Part shown: positions 1 through 14,553 of the stretch, in pieces | How the letters are laid out: the number at the start of each line of letters is the position of its first letter | How positions within the stretch are numbered: the first letter of the stretch is position 1 | Virus record (IMG/VR): IMGVR_UViG_3300045988_037736 | Span: 37,472 to 101,471 of that record | Reading direction: 5' to 3' (one strand) | DNA length: 64,000 bases | From: a virus | Program-made: the position numbers and the translations under genes | Notes under the pieces: model-generated | The model's input: the letters and a program-made list of their open reading frames with translations, nothing else | Databases searched by the model: none | Told to the model about the DNA's origin: nothing

Positions 1-3000
1 CATCATTGACAAGGTCTATACTATATACCTTCTTACCATCTGCTACCTGGTCTGTAGCAGTGACAGAGTAATGCCATCCAGACTTTGAAGGAACATTCAT
101 GTAGTTACTTATTTGATTCTCAATAGTATTAGCCATTGAGTTAAGTAACTTTTCAGTATCACCTAAAGGTACTACTTGACCACTAGAATCTCTTGTGAAA
201 CTCATCTCCTCATCTGAGAAAGTCTCAATGAAGTTAGCTATAGTCTTGGCAGCTCTTCTGGTTCTACTGTTAAAGTTGATAAGTCCATCTACACTGTCTC
301 TTACTTGGGAAACAGTCTGTCCTTCCTTGTTCTGAGTTCTTTGTACTGGAGCAATAAAGATGTCTATGGGCTGTGTTCCACCATTCAGTTTGTCTTGATG
401 GAATACAATCTTCTTTCTATTGTCTCCCACCTTAACTATACCAAGTCTCTTTAAGAAATTCCTCTTGGCTTTTTGATAGCCCATTGGAGTTCCCTTATCC
501 TGTTCACTAAGGTCATTCTGTCCAACATCAAGTACATTATTATTCTCCTGTCCTCTTCTACTTGAGTCAAAGCTGGTTGCAGCTACAATAGGCTTAAGTA
601 GTTTGGTTACAACAGGAGAACCATCAGTATTCTTTACAAGGGATGTGCCAGTATTGCCTACTGCAAGGCTCCTTATAGGAGCCATGTTCTTGCTACCTGG
701 ACTATATTCAACTCCTGTAGCAGACATTACACTAACTGGTTGGAAGTGCTTATCCTGACCATCAACATTGATAGTTATTGGACCATTAGAAGATTCAACA
801 ACTGCAATGATAGGTAGGTCATTTTCAGTATATCCAAAGCCCTTAGATTCCATGTTGCTCTTAACCTCATCTGTAAGTGCATCATCTGTAATGAACATCA
901 CTTCAGAATCTCTAGTAAGAACTCCATCTCTTAGGGCATCCTCAATACCATACTTATCATAGTACCTTACTATAGGAGTATCAGGATGAGATTGCCTCAG
1001 ATAAGCTATATTCATACTGGTAATCATACCAGATTCTGGATTACCAACAATGAACTGATAGTTCATCTTCCTTGCTTGAGTTCTGATTGCTCTTCTTCTC
1101 TTATCAAAGAATGGAGATACAGGAGCATCTACCCTAGGAGAAGGAGTATCAATCTTCTTCTCATCTGACTGAGATTTAAGAACCTTAGCTACAACATGTC
1201 TTAGAAGGTCAGGTACTTGAGTTTCATTAGCTTCTGCTCTACCATCCATAGCATTTGCTCTTGCAGTAATAGCATCTGCAAACTCTTGTACAGTGTCAAA
1301 GCTATTGGCAGACAGTCCTTCTATAAGAGCCTTTACCTGCTCCTTTGCTTCAGCAGTAAATGAAGGTGCATTCTCTGCAACTCTTAAAGCTACTTCAGCG
1401 GCTTTACCAACCTCCTCATTGCTATTTTCAATGAATGTGTCTATAACAGAACTAGGTTGGGTTACTTCAATAGGAGTTTCTACAGGAGTAACAGGAGTTT
1501 CAACTTCACCCTGCTCAACCATATCAGATACTGTAGGACTTCCAACTCTTTCACCATCTTCAGTAATATGTCCTGCTTCAGGGGTACTACCTCCAATGTC
1601 AAATATAGTTGGACCAGATGGAGTAGGGTCAGGAATTGCAGCTGGCTCTGAGGCTTCAACAGGAGTTTCAGTTGGAACAACTTCCTCATTATTAAGGTCT
1701 CTTTGTTCTCTTTCTGAGTTATACCTGCCCATTATATCTCTATAGGTTTGAATGGTCTCTTCTATAGAGTTATAGCCTGTAATCTGCCCTTCAATAGGAG
1801 CCTTCTCATTTGCTCTTGCAAGATGCTGTTCAAAGTAAAGATTAACTTCTCCATCCTCAGCAGCATCCCTATCATAGTCAAGTAGCATTTCAGCACCTGC
1901 TTCAACATCAGTTACATCAACTCCACTATTACTTAGATAGTCAAGAGTAGCTGCAAAAACATCAGCTCTTGGGTCATTCTCTTCAAAGACTCCATTCCTT
2001 TCAGCCCAATCATAAATCTCTGACTTTCTTTCATTCTCTCTAGAGTATCTTTCAAACATATCTCTAGCTTCCTGAGGGAAATCATACCATTTACCCTTGT
2101 AAGACTGATTGGTAAGCATATCTTCTACAGCAGCTATTTCAGCTTCATCCCCTCTATTATAAATATCATCAAGTCTTTCTGAGAATTGCCAATAGTTACC
2201 ATTAGTTGCTATATCAAGGAGTTCCTCATTTTTCTTCTGTAGCATTCTCTGTTGTGCTTGATGTTTAACCTTTGCCACATACCTATTGAGGGCTTTAGGG
2301 CTATACATAAGAGCAAACTGAGAGTTCATAGCAGCTCTATAGTCTCTTTCAACTCTATTCCTATCTGCAATCTTCTTGGTAAAGTCTTGATGTATAGAAG
2401 TACCTACACTATTAACTTTATCAATTTCAGCTTGCTGTTCCTGACTATATCTATCTCTATGCTTTGGGTCAAGCATAAAGGCTCTATCACTTGCAGACAG
2501 AGACATAATCTCAGAAGCAGAAAGAACTGTAGTATCTACAGGGTCATTATATGTAACACCATCCCTCTCTACTGCCTGATGCTGAGCATTGAAACTGTAG
2601 TCTTCCTGAGCAGACTTTATAGACTTGATGTTTCTATCAAGTTCTCTAGCATAGCTTTCAGCCATAGCAAGAGTAGCTTGGTCTTCCTGTGAAAGAGAAC
2701 CTCTCTTCTGCTCTCTCTTCATCTCTCTTACAACTTGGTCAAGTTCAGACTTCTGTTCTTCAAGTTTAGAGAGTTCAGTTACAGCATTACTTAGTGAGCC
2801 AAACCTTGCTATAAGTCTCCTTCCTTTATTATTGAGAGCTGAGCTTGGAGTAGCATCTTCCTGTGAGTTAAGTTCAGTTGTTACCTCAGCTATTTCTTCA
2901 TCAAGTTGACCTATCCTCTTCTTATAGTCCTCAATAACTACCTTATTAAATACCATACTTGCCTTAACATCCTGGTCAATATTCTCTCCAAATATCTTCT

Positions 3001-5526
3001 CAATAGACCTGGTTTCTTTTGAAACCATATCCATCATGTCAAGCATTTCATTGGCATTTCTCTGTATAGTCTGAAGGGCTTCCTCTCTACTTATGTTCTG
3101 AGTTCTGTTCTGAGCTGATGCCATGAACTGTTCAACAGCCTTTGATTCCTCTGACTCAGGGTCTTGCAGATTCTGAGCATCAAAGTTTGCCCTTGCCTGT
3201 AGGTTAGCCATAACAGCTTCATGATAACCAGTACCTTCAAGGTCATTAAGAGTTATAATGTTACTAAACATTTGACCAACTCTTGCATCTCTTGCAGCCT
3301 TTTCATCATTACTTTCTATAGCCTCTTGATATTGAGTAAGCCATTCAGCAGTACCTCCTGCATTAAATAATGCTCTCTGCATACTTTCATCAGAGAAGTA
3401 GGTATTAAAGTGTTCAGCCATCTTCTCCCTCTGCTGATTGACAGCATTGATTTCAGTATTTGAGAATAAAGGAGTAAAGGCACTTCTCCAAGTAATACCC
3501 TTTGCAGTCATATTACCATTAGCACCTTGTTTCATACCAATGTTAGGTCCACCCATTGCAGTGGATAAAGCACCATAGACACCACTCTTTATAGCATCAA
3601 AGGATATAGCTGTATTACCTGCTGCTTGTAGACCTGCTGCAAAGGATTGCCAGAAGTCATTCTGAGCTGCTGTAGCTCCAGGGTTTGCACCATATTTATT
3701 GTCAATATACTGTTGCATTTTGTCTTCAGCATATGCCTGACCAAATGCACTAGATATATCCTGTGTGTACTCTTCAAAGCCTTCACCTAAAGCCTCCTTA
3801 AGCCTACCCTTAAAGGCTTGACCCTTAGTCATCTGTCTTGCTTGAGCTACCCATCTATCTCCCTGTCTTGCTATATTAACTGCATCTCCTACAGAGTTAT
3901 TTCCTCCTATACCAATCTTCCTAAGAGCATTCTGAACTCTTGGAGCTTGCTGACCTGCCTGCCATGTAGCATTGACCATACCATTTATAACAGAGTTAGT
4001 CCAAAAGTCATAGTACATAGCTGTGTTGGCACTTTCCTCGGCAGCTTGTCTATCTGCTGCCATATCAGCAGCATACTTTCCTTCAAACTGTGCTCTAGCT
4101 TCAGGGTTGGACTTTAAGTAGTCTGCTTGTTCCTGAGACATATTATGCTCTCTAGCATAGGCATCAATATCAGCATCTACCTTAGAAGCATATCTATTCT
4201 GAATATCTGTTTCAAGACCTTTCAGAGTTTCCTGTTTGGTCATAGCAGCATTCATGCCACCTTCAACTGTGCCTACTGCACCTGGAACAAGAAGATTTCC
4301 TATGTTCCTTGCCTTAGTCACTCCTCTTAGGAAGGATACTCCTTTTGCTGAAGCATTAAGAGTCTTTCCTCCCATAGCTACTTTTCCTAGCCAAGCAGCT
4401 CCTTTAGTAGCTGCATTAACAGCAGCAGAGCTACCAAATGAGAGGATAGTAGAGGCAGCAGTAAAACCATACTGACCAAATAACTCAAAGGGTGTATTAG
4501 CTGAAAATAAGGAGTTCTGTTGCTCAACAGTATTAAAGATAGGATTGTCAGATAGTCCAAGACTCTCCAATCTCTCTTGCTCCGATGGTGACCATGAGTT
4601 AGTAGTTGCAACCCTGTCACCATATCTAGTTACAGCATTATCAATTACATTCTCAAGCCATGACTCATCATCTTCAAGACCTATACCTACAGCACCACCT
4701 ATCATACCAGCAGCTCTGATAATCATACCAGCAGCACTGTCAATAAACTGAGCACCAGAGTTCCATGTTTTTTCAAGGAATGACTGATTGTTTGCTACTG
4801 TATTTTGATAGTAGTTACCAAGAGCCTTAGCAGCAAACTGACCTCCACCAACTGCTTCATTAGCAAGATAGGAGGCAAGAACCTGCTTTCTCTCCTCTGT
4901 AGACATTGATAGCTTATCTGTACCATTATACTCCTTATACATTGGAGAAATTTCTCCTGAGAAAGAATCAAGGTCAGTCAGGTACCTTTCTAGAGTCTCT
5001 GAGTCTAGGGCATTAAGCTGGTTATAGTAGGTATCATATAGTTGGGCAGACTTATTCTCAAGATAGGAAAAAGCCTGCTCCCTCATAGTATCTCCTCCTG
5101 TTAACTTAGCATCAATTAGGGCATACTTGTAATCAGGGTCAAACAGGAACTTCCACACAGAAGTGGAAGATTCCTGTAAATCACTCCTAGCATCAAGGTC
5201 AGATGCTAGAGCCTTCTTTGCTACATAGTCATCTCTCTGTCCTTTCGTAAGAGAGCTTCTGCTGTTGAATATCTGTTGGTCTTCTTCACTGTTACTATTG
5301 CCAAATATATCCATGAATACTGTGTTCCTAAAGTAGTTATCTTTTTGAACATCATCCATTCCTTGAATTTCTCTAGCATACTGCTTCTCCCATTCAGCCC
5401 TATCATCTGCACTAAGACCGGTCAGTCCCGAAAAGTAGGACTGATTATACCTTTGCTGTAGAGTCTGTTGTGACTTCTCTGAAGGAAGAGCAAACATTCC
5501 AGTGGGACCACCCGCTAATATAGGCA
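1..5526 (-). CDS. Giant virion/tail-associated protein (5' partial; >1840 codons), read with in-frame TAG codons taken as sense
   Basis: Start ATG at ~5526 (MPILAGGPTGMFALPSEKSQQ...). The frame stays open to the window edge except for repeated in-frame TAG codons, which is why the ORF track shows no long ORF here. Continuous protein-like translation with TAG=Q. Function unknown. Confidence 0.55.
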
Positions 5527-5550
5527 TAATTTATAAATATTTTTAAGTTA

Positions 5551-6939
5551 TTACATACCACTAGATGCATCATCATCTGCTACTGTAGCAGGGGTTGATG
5601 AGCTACTCACCTTAGGAACAAGCCAGAAGTGGTCATCTACAGTTGTCTGTGTCTTCACAGCAATCTCTATCTCATTTACATCATAGCCAGTTCCTGCCAA
5701 TCTTCTCCTTACATACTGTTGTTGAGTAGGACTCAACTGACTAAATTGTATATATTGGACATCTCCTGGGATAACATAACCTTCTTTATCCTCCTTATCC
5801 CCTCTAGAGTCAGGATTAGAAGCTTGTGCATTATCTGCTCTCCAGTGAATGTTACCTAATGGCTTTCTTTGCGCTTTAGCTTTTGCAACTTCAGCAGCTG
5901 TTGGAGTAGGTGTTGGAGTAGGTGTTGTAGATTTCCATGTTACTCCATCAGACTGTAAAATTTCAGTCCATTGCAGCTTACCATTACTATAGAATTTAGT
6001 CTTGCCATCAGCAGAAATATAATAAGGTTTAGCTCCTGAAGCAATACTATCCTTCTCCTTAGCATACTCAAACTGGTCTCTTTGTAGCTGTACTGAGGCT
6101 GCTTGATTAGCAAGAGACTGTCTTTGTGCAGCATTGATATACTCGCCATTCTCAGTAAACTGATAGGTAGGCTTAGCAAGACCTGCATACATACCAGTAG
6201 TAACACTACTTAGAACTTGCTGTCTTGCAGCATCTCCCCAATCAGCAACATTGGCAAGTTCATCATCCATTATCTGTCTGAACCCTTGTAGCTTTGTTCT
6301 AAGAGCTTCTGATATATTTGGATTATTAAGCTGGTCATTTACTACAGCATAGAACATCTCAGGACTCATGCCATTCTGCTGAGTTATCTGATATTTCTGA
6401 CCACCAAGAACTGTCTTAAATTCAGGGTCACTGAATAATGACTTACCTAATGCTTCTGCTTTTGCAGATGTTCTTGCAAGTATATCCTTACCACTTACAT
6501 AATCCTCACTTACTGTCTTTCCATGTAAGAAATCATCAAGGGAGAGATTCTCAACCTTGAATATAGCTGAGTTATCTCTTGCCCTTGTATCTCTCCTATA
6601 TTTTATAGCTTCCTGTCTGGCAGCATCTGCTCTTGCAATAGGAGTAATCTCCTTTGCATATCTTCTTTTGAGACCAAGGAGCTGCCTTCTGTTAGCCATT
6701 GTCATTCCTCTACTGAAGTCATCAGTAACAGTTTCTAAATCCTTAGCATATCTACTAAACATTGCATAGGCTTCAGGACTATTCTCCTGTGTTGCAATAT
6801 CTCTGAATGCCTCAGTCTGAGTTGCAAGATTTGCATACTGCTCTTCAGCTTCATTATAAGCTTTGGTGTAATCCTCTAGAGGCTTTACCAGCTGCTCATA
6901 TGTAAAAGGATTAAACCTACTATTTACAACTATATTCAT
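5551..6939 (-). CDS. Hypothetical structural protein (462 aa) with TPTPTPTPT linker
   Basis: Intact ORF in the track; Pro/Thr linker; sits between recoded virion genes. Confidence 0.6.
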   Translation of the reverse strand: MNIVVNSRFNPFTYEQLVKPLEDYTKAYNEAEEQYANLATQTEAFRDIATQENSPEAYAMFSRYAKDLETVTDDFSRGMTMANRRQLLGLKRRYAKEITPIARADAARQEAIKYRRDTRARDNSAIFKVENLSLDDFLHGKTVSEDYVSGKDILARTSAKAEALGKSLFSDPEFKTVLGGQKYQITQQNGMSPEMFYAVVNDQLNNPNISEALRTKLQGFRQIMDDELANVADWGDAARQQVLSSVTTGMYAGLAKPTYQFTENGEYINAAQRQSLANQAASVQLQRDQFEYAKEKDSIASGAKPYYISADGKTKFYSNGKLQWTEILQSDGVTWKSTTPTPTPTPTAAEVAKAKAQRKPLGNIHWRADNAQASNPDSRGDKEDKEGYVIPGDVQYIQFSQLSPTQQQYVRRRLAGTGYDVNEIEIAVKTQTTVDDHFWLVPKVSSSSTPATVADDDASSGM

Positions 6940-6942
6940 ATG

Positions 6943-9633
6943 TTAGAATGTTAAACCTCTTTTCTTTCTTTTAATCTTACCACCATAAGCTTCCTTTTGA
7001 ACAGGAGCATAAACTCCATGTCTACTAGCCCATGTTCTCCATTTTCTATCAACTTTCTCCCTACCAATATCTCCAAGAGAACTGAAGATGTTTGATAAGT
7101 TATCAGAGATAGCTTGTTCTCTTGCAAGTCTAGCTCTTGACCTTATATCAGCAGCAGCCATTGTACCTCTTAATGAGAAGTCTCTAGCTCTTGATAATGC
7201 TTCTTGGTTGGCTATATCAGCTTGCAGGAATCCTTGGGAGTTCTGAATATTTGTACCTCTATTGAACTCTTCAACTTGATTCCTTTGAGCAAGGTTATAT
7301 TCTTCAGCCTGTCTTGCTAAAGCACCAAGCTGGTTTAGATAGTTATTATCAGCAGCAAGAATGCCTGCCATTGCAGTGGCTCTGTTACCTCCTGAAGTAT
7401 TTAGTAGAGACCTTCTTGAGGCACCTGCCTCTGCATTCATCTTGTTAATGTAGTAATCCCTATCAAATGGTCTATAAGTTAGGTAGTTACCAATAGGTCT
7501 ATACCTTACAGGTCTGTAAGCACCTTTACCACTGCTTGCTTCAAGTATGGCTGAGACATCACCATCATCAGGCTTTGTAAACAATGAAGTTCCAAGACCT
7601 ATGGCAGAGCCTAAGATAGGCATATACCTCATCCAATTATCATAGTTGGGGTATTCACCTCCATTATCAGTAAGGTCAGGGGCTTTCTCATCAGTAGGAG
7701 CTACAGCAGGTCTTTCCTTATAGAATAGGTCTGTATAATCTGTATCTCCTTCACTACTTGTTCCTGTCCTTACATACTGATATGTTCCAGTTGTTGGGTC
7801 ATAGTCAGGAATAAGTAGGTCTTCCAAAGGAGTGCCACTAGCATCTGTTCTTCCTGTAAGATACATCCTCTTACCAGTCTTTCTTGGAGCTACTGGAACT
7901 GGACTACCTGCAAGGTCTATTCCTGCGTGCATACCACCCCAACTCTTGTCAGCTGTCCTTGAAGAGAAGATGTCTTTGGTAAGACCCTCTAGAGTAAGAG
8001 GCACATATCCTCTTCTTCCTTCATTATACCTATTAACTGATTCAACATACCTAGGTAGCCATTGATTTACCTCATCACTTCCCCAGTTATTGATGACATA
8101 GTTCCTTCTTGTCATAAATGGAGAGTTATCTCCATACATAATATCCCAGTCAATAGAGCCATTTGACTTATAGGGATTGAATCCTTCTTGACCAAAAGTA
8201 AGACCTGGAGTAGAGTTATTATAATTGAGAGTCTGCATCCAGCTACCTGTTTCATACAGGTGACCTCCTCTCGCAAACTTTCTCTCTTCTTTTCTTTCCC
8301 TTACCTGCTCCTGTACTTCCATCAACTTAGACATGCTGTCTATCATTCCTGCCCTACTTATAGGGTCATTAGGCCTCTCTTCAGATTCTTTGCTCATTTG
8401 AATAGCAGCATCTGCAAAGGTGAGAGGTTTTGTTCCTCTTAGTTTATATTTCTTTCTTACTGCTTTTGGAACTCTTAGTCTGTTACTAAATACATAATCA
8501 TTGAAGATAACTTCTCCCTCTTCTACAAGGTTAGGAATGCCTTCAGCATCCATTCCCATAGGAACTCCTTCATTAGGGTTTTCTTCATGTGTACCTCCAT
8601 TACCCACAAGAACAAGTCCTGTATCAAAGTCAGCTCCATGTGTCATAAGGTCTCCTCCAAAGGCATGATGCCACTTAGCAGCGTTCTAAGCAAATATAGC
8701 TCTCTTTCTAGTTAAAGGATTTTTACTATGGGTTAATTCCTCTGTAGTCTTTCCTGTTCTCTTCTTAGTAGCATTGAACTTACCTCTATTCTCTGGGTTA
8801 ATATGTATTCCTCCACCTTCTGCAAAGTACAATGGACCTCCATATGAGGCTATGTTTCTAAGTATATCCCTCTTCCTAGTCTATCCTATATTATACTGTG
8901 CATTTTCTAAAGAAGAACTAACATATTGCCTAGCAGTATCAGCTCTTTTGCTCATATCCTAATATAAATCATCTATATCATGACTAAATGCACCCTAACT
9001 GCCTAAATCATCATGATTAAAGTATCCAACTGTTGGAGCAGTAGCCATCTCCTAAGCTAAAGCATCATAATCAGTAGCACTTGATTTAAACTGTCCAGCC
9101 TGGGATATTTGATTATTTAAAGAACTTATAAGTTTTTCATTTCTTTCAGAACCAAATAAGTTATTAGTAACTCCTCCAAGTAGCTAACTTGCTCCCATTA
9201 CTATACCCCCAACCATTGGGTTTACAGACATTAAGGCTCCACCTACAGTTGAGCCTATACTACTAATTCCATTTCCTACTGCACTAGACCTTTTTCCTCC
9301 AATTACATTACCTACAATTGAACCAGTTAAGGCACTTCCTAGTCCTATACCCTGTTTGCCCAATTGAGTAAGTCCTAAGGATGGATTAGTAGTTCCAGAT
9401 GGTGGAAGAGGAAGGGTTGCTGAAGCAGCAGTTGGTTGAGTAGTTTTAGTAAGAGCTTGCAGCCCTGTTGATATAGCTTCTCCAGGCATAGTTTCTCTAA
9501 TACCAGGCATAGAAAAAGCATCATCCATACCTGGTATTCCAGCTAGATAATCAGGAGTACCTCCCCATGCAAAATAATTATTCCTCCCAAAAAGGAGTTT
9601 ATTTGTTCTTTTTTTAATAAGTTTCTTTGCCAT
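6943..9633 (-). CDS. Hypothetical virion protein (~897 codons) with several in-frame TAG codons
   Basis: ORFs 9184..9633 and 6943..8646 are in the same frame (top coordinate mod 3 = 0). Codon-by-codon reading of 8647-9183 shows only TAG interruptions (at ~8686, 8881, 8959, 8995, 9052, 9184) and no TAA/TGA. Ends at TAA 6943. Confidence 0.55.
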
Positions 9634-9701
9634 CTAAATGAATTTTGTATGCAAATGTAGCAAAAATATCCCACTAATACAATAGTATAATACAATTAAT
9701 T

Positions 9702-9733
9702 AAAAAGGTGTAAGGTTTTTCTTACACCTTTTT
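9702..9733. terminator. Bidirectional rho-independent terminator hairpin
   Basis: aaaaaggtgtaag-gttttt-cttacaccttttt: perfect 13-bp stem flanked by an A-tract and a T-tract, between two minus-strand genes. Confidence 0.6.
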
Positions 9734-9789
9734 AATTACATAGAGTACTTAGTAGATACATTATATATTGTCACTCTCTAGTTTTTATG

Positions 9790-12700
9790 TGAGGCACTCC
9801 CTAGAGTTATTTCACTCCATGGATTTCTAATCCTTGCCCTACCATAGTGCCTTATAACATCTTTACCATCTTGTGCTACATAAGGAGACCTAGGAATATT
9901 AATCCTCCATATATTAAACTTCTTCCTTATATCTCTACTATTAGTGAGGTCAGTATAAGCTTTCTAATAGTCATTCTCTGCTTGGATAAAATCAAATGGC
10001 TTATCAGAATTATCCTTTTGGTCAAAGTTCCGTACTTCAGCATTAACTTCCACTGTGTCAAAAATTTTTGTGTAAGGAGAATTACCATTAGATATATAAG
10101 TGAAACTAAATGGTTTAAAGTTACCATAGAACTCATTATATACCCCAGTGAAGTTCTCCCATAGCCTAACTTTATCCTATTCCTATTTTATAGAGTAAAA
10201 ACCACCTTCAAAGTCAAACATACCTTCAGTTTCACCATAACTTAAAAAGGAAGTGAACTAGTTAAGCTTAGTTGAGAAACATAAAGCTTCTTCGCCATGA
10301 GCTGGAGAGAAATATACATCCCCATTCATATTATCAACAAAGCTTCTTACTCCCATTCCTGTAGGAGTCCACTCTGATAAGTCAACATCATTCTTAACCC
10401 ACTAACTCATTCCTGAAAGCTCACTTACATTTACTAATTCCTAACCATATCTATAAATACTTTTGGACTCGTTATCTATGAAGAATAGACCTGTTGAGGT
10501 AGGAATAATAGACCATTTATTAGCACATCCAATAGTAGAGGATAGAATCCTGAACCCATCTACTCTGTTTGAATTTCCTATCTCAATAGGTACTCCGTCT
10601 GTAGGATTGAGCTATACTCTAGAATTAAACATAATCTAGCTAATAGATTTTTCCTAGAAGCCAATAAGAGTATCATTGATGGAGGTTAGACATGTTACAG
10701 ACCCTTTATCAGCAGGAAGGTCTAAGGTACTAGCTAAAGTGACATTAGTCCATGGGTCAATTATAGACTAGGGATTTTTCTTTAAGGACCATGCTACCTA
10801 GTAAGGAAATGTATCTATTTTATAATAGTCCTTGTCTAGTGTTCTGTAGTTAAAGAAGTTATCTAACTAAGAGTATACTTCATTTATCTTATAAGAGTCA
10901 GGAGTAATGTCGAAGTTGGATAGCTGCCCTCTTTTAGTATCGTATCTTCCATCAAGATTAATATGTGACTCAAGCATAAATGAACCTATTTCTACTATCT
11001 AATTAGTATCATCATCTGCAAAAGGATAAGTCTTTACACAATCATATCTTGTACACCATGTATCCCCATAGGCATAAGGAATCGTAATTATCTTATGTGG
11101 AGTTGATACAAGAGGAACTGACTCACTACTTGGAACCCATAAGTTATTTTTGATAGCTTCATCCGATTTACCTCCAAACCTAGTGTCTGGGTCAACCCAC
11201 TATGTTAATTCAGCTATAGGTAATGTGGGGGAATAATCTTTATCCTCTTCAAGTAACTACAGAGTGCTATTCTGGATGGTAAACGTATTATCTGTATTAT
11301 CTGTAGATGGCTCTGAATACATTTTATAAGATGTAATACCAACTATATTTCCGAGAGATACCTTTAAGTTTAATAATACCTAATCCCCAAGATACTAAAA
11401 GTTATCATGACCATCCTGTAAGTTTTCAAAAGGACCCCATTTTATTGGCCCCGCATTCTGAAGAACTCCTACCCACTCACCATTTACATAGTGATGATAG
11501 ATTATACATCCTTTCTTCACTAAAACAGTCACTTTAGTTCCTGAGTTTTGTACCTGCCAATACCCTACTTCTCCTATCTTTACCCTTTTAACCAATACAC
11601 GCTTAGCTATGGGTCCAATGTAAGCCATTACAATCTGATAGGTTCCTAGAGCAGTCACACTTGTATCGTCAACATCTAGTACTAAGTTCCCCTCTTTGTT
11701 ATAAGTCCCATAAAAGGTTTTTGAGCCTATAAATGAAAGGATAGGATATGAAGTACTGGTAGAAGTATTATTCTCCCATCCAGAGGGGGTATACTATGAA
11801 GTTATAGTCTCACCAGTAACAGAAGTGTATGGTAGTACTGGAATAACCTTAGGGTTATCCTCATCATATAAAGAGAATACTAAGTGAGGAGATGATTTAT
11901 ACTTCATTCTTACTGACTCCCCAGAAGTAGGTACATTAGTAGGGGATACTTGTGAAATACTATCATCAGTACCAGCATAAATAGGATAAGCTGATGTGGC
12001 TGATACAATATCATCTACATTTCCAAAGTATAGTACATCCTAGTCTAAATGTGGAACACGAACAGTTAAGCCTGTAACCTCTTTAGAAGAGAATAACTTA
12101 GGAGTTGTAATTTTAATATTGTGGTTATTAGAGTTAAAAAAAGTTGACTTACTTTCAAAATACTTTAAATTGGAAATAATCTTCCATTTTAGTATAGCTG
12201 TTCTATTTCCGGATTTCTCTATAATCTCAGGAGACCTGACAATATCATTATTTAGTGAGCCTGTTCTATGCCAAGGATAAACTAAATATTTAACAATACC
12301 TGTCTTATCATCATCTAAAAAATCCCCTCTTAGTATTTTATCTTCAAAACAACATGATGATACAAATCCTCCATTAACAGTAGTATTAGGAGTAGTACAG
12401 TTCACTGGAAATCCTACAGGATGATGTATAAATCCTCCAGCCTGAGAACTAGCTTTAGAGGTCACTGCTAAATCTATATCTCCATACAATCCATGTAGGC
12501 TAGCGGCTCCAACAATATTTAGCCTTGCTCCTTCTAATTGAGTAGTATTTATATAGGACCCATACTCAATTTCTGGGGAATGTAAAGTAACTAAGTTACT
12601 ATCAACAGCAAAAGTTGAATAATGAGACTTTATACCATCAGAGGGAGAAATAATTTCCTATATTGACTTATTGGAATCTCCTGGCAGAGATGACTATATT

Positions 12701-14553
12701 TCAGCACTTCTATTACCTCCACTGAAAAGTGTATAATTATGTTTATACTAAATAGTCGACCCCTAATCTATCGAGGTAGAGGTTTCTTTTGGCTTTCCAT
12801 CTACATATACAGGAGATGGCCTAAAGAACCAAGATGACATTGCATATGGGTTATTCATGTGCCTTCCTCTCACACTGTAGACAGTAGGATTTAAAACTCC
12901 CTAACATATAATATTTCTCTCCGCTGGCTTAGGGAAAACAACACAAGTTCTAGCCCTTCTTACTCCAGCTTTTAATAATGAGGCAGTTGCATTAGGGAAT
13001 AACTAAAGTTCCTTAGTATCCACCCCGTCAGTAGTGCCCCAAAAATATGAATTATTTAACTCTACATCAAGAAAACCATCACCATCACCATCACTATTCC
13101 TTATGACTTTGTTTAATGGAATAGGTTCTGACCATTCTCCAGTCTTAAACTAAAATTGAACTCCTAATCTATATGTTTCTCCTGCCTTAAAATGACCAGG
13201 CTTAAACTATGGTAGATAAGGATAGTATTTATTTATACCCTAATTATCATAAGTATCTTCGGCTAAAAAACAATCTGTTAACCCTAAAGAGTCCCCATTT
13301 TCAGCCTCTTCCTATTGAAGTAATGTAGTTAGTTCTTTAGTATTTTTCTGAACAGTAATGTTTCCATAAAACATCACTCCTTCTTTGCTAGTGATAGTTC
13401 CAGCTAATATTGTTTGTCCCCCAGTATATAATAGTTTAGCAGGGTCTTCTATTGAACCAGTAAGACCAGTATCTGTATATTCAATTGTTTTTACCAGCTA
13501 ATCCTCAGAACCAAACACATCATACCAGTATTCTCCTTCAGCACTTTCCTCCTAGCAATCTTTTAAGTCTAAGTCAGCTACAATCTTAACTGTAGGCTAT
13601 GCGTCTAGTGAAGTTCTATGTATAGAATAAACCCTTATATAATCAAAGTTATCAACATTTTCTACTTTAATTGTGAAAGAAGTTATAACCTTCTCTTCTG
13701 GATTACCAGCTCTATCATAATTCCTTATATACTATATGGGAGATACATAGAATATGTTACTTTCTTGCCCATACTTATTAAAGTATGTAAGAGCATATTG
13801 AATTACTCCAGGAGAAAATTCTCCATGACTGGAACTTCTACCTACCAGTACTCTTTCTTTTAACTATAGGTTCTATACAAAATCAAATGGAGACTCAGCT
13901 CTGTATATCCAATTTCCTTTTTCATACCACTTTTCTAGATTTTCTATAACTTCCTAGGAAACTCCCTCACTTTTCTATGGATTTGAGAAATTAACTCCGT
14001 CTACTATAACTTTACTAGCTATATCTTCAGGAAGTTTCAACTCTGGGGCAGTTATATTAATAACTCTAGGCTGGTTAATTCCATCTGTCCAATACAACTT
14101 ATTCACAAGAACTGACTCACTATCCCCTAATATTTCTAGAGGGTGATTAGCATCAAGACCTAGCACTCCTTCAAATAGAGTAACTTTAATCCACTCCCCT
14201 TTATCTTCATGGAGTCTATATATTCTAGATACTTCCTGAGTGTCATTCTAACTTACAGTAAATACTACTAAGTATCTATTAAGCACACAATGTCCTACGT
14301 ACTACCCATCAAAAACAACACCAGTGTCCGTATTTCCCTTCTCATTAGTGATAGAAAACCCAGTATCACTATCCCTATTAGTAAGTCTCACATTTAAAGC
14401 ATCCCATAAAAAAGACTCATCTTGTCTTGATGGGTGAACATCTCTCCTTAGGCCTTTAAATATATGATTATCTGAATACATCATGTTAATATAATTAATG
14501 AAGTTTGATATACTCCTTAGAACCAAGAGTTTTAAACCCTTTGCTATGCTCAT
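9790..14553 (-). CDS. Tail-fibre-like giant protein (~1590 codons), TAG-recoded
   Basis: ORF pieces 14302..14553, 13975..14166, 12040..12489 and 11395..11658 all share one frame (top coordinate mod 3 = 0), separated only by TAG codons (e.g. ...VVFDG-TAG-YVGHC...). 3' end approximate; it lies upstream of the terminator at 9702. Confidence 0.45.

Noticed and set aside
768-5461. Many short plus-strand ORFs (e.g. 1293..1745, 4236..4475, 4545..4751) across the first 5.5 kb
   Set aside because: They lie antisense to a continuous, clearly coding minus-strand gene (1..5526, TAG-recoded). Their compositions (Ser/Thr/Leu-rich) are typical of antisense artefacts.
9847-10164. Plus-strand 105-aa ORF and other plus or minus fragments between 9.8 and 14.5 kb
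   Set aside because: They sit inside the recoded fibre gene region. The same-frame minus-strand pieces joined by TAG explain the coding signal better.
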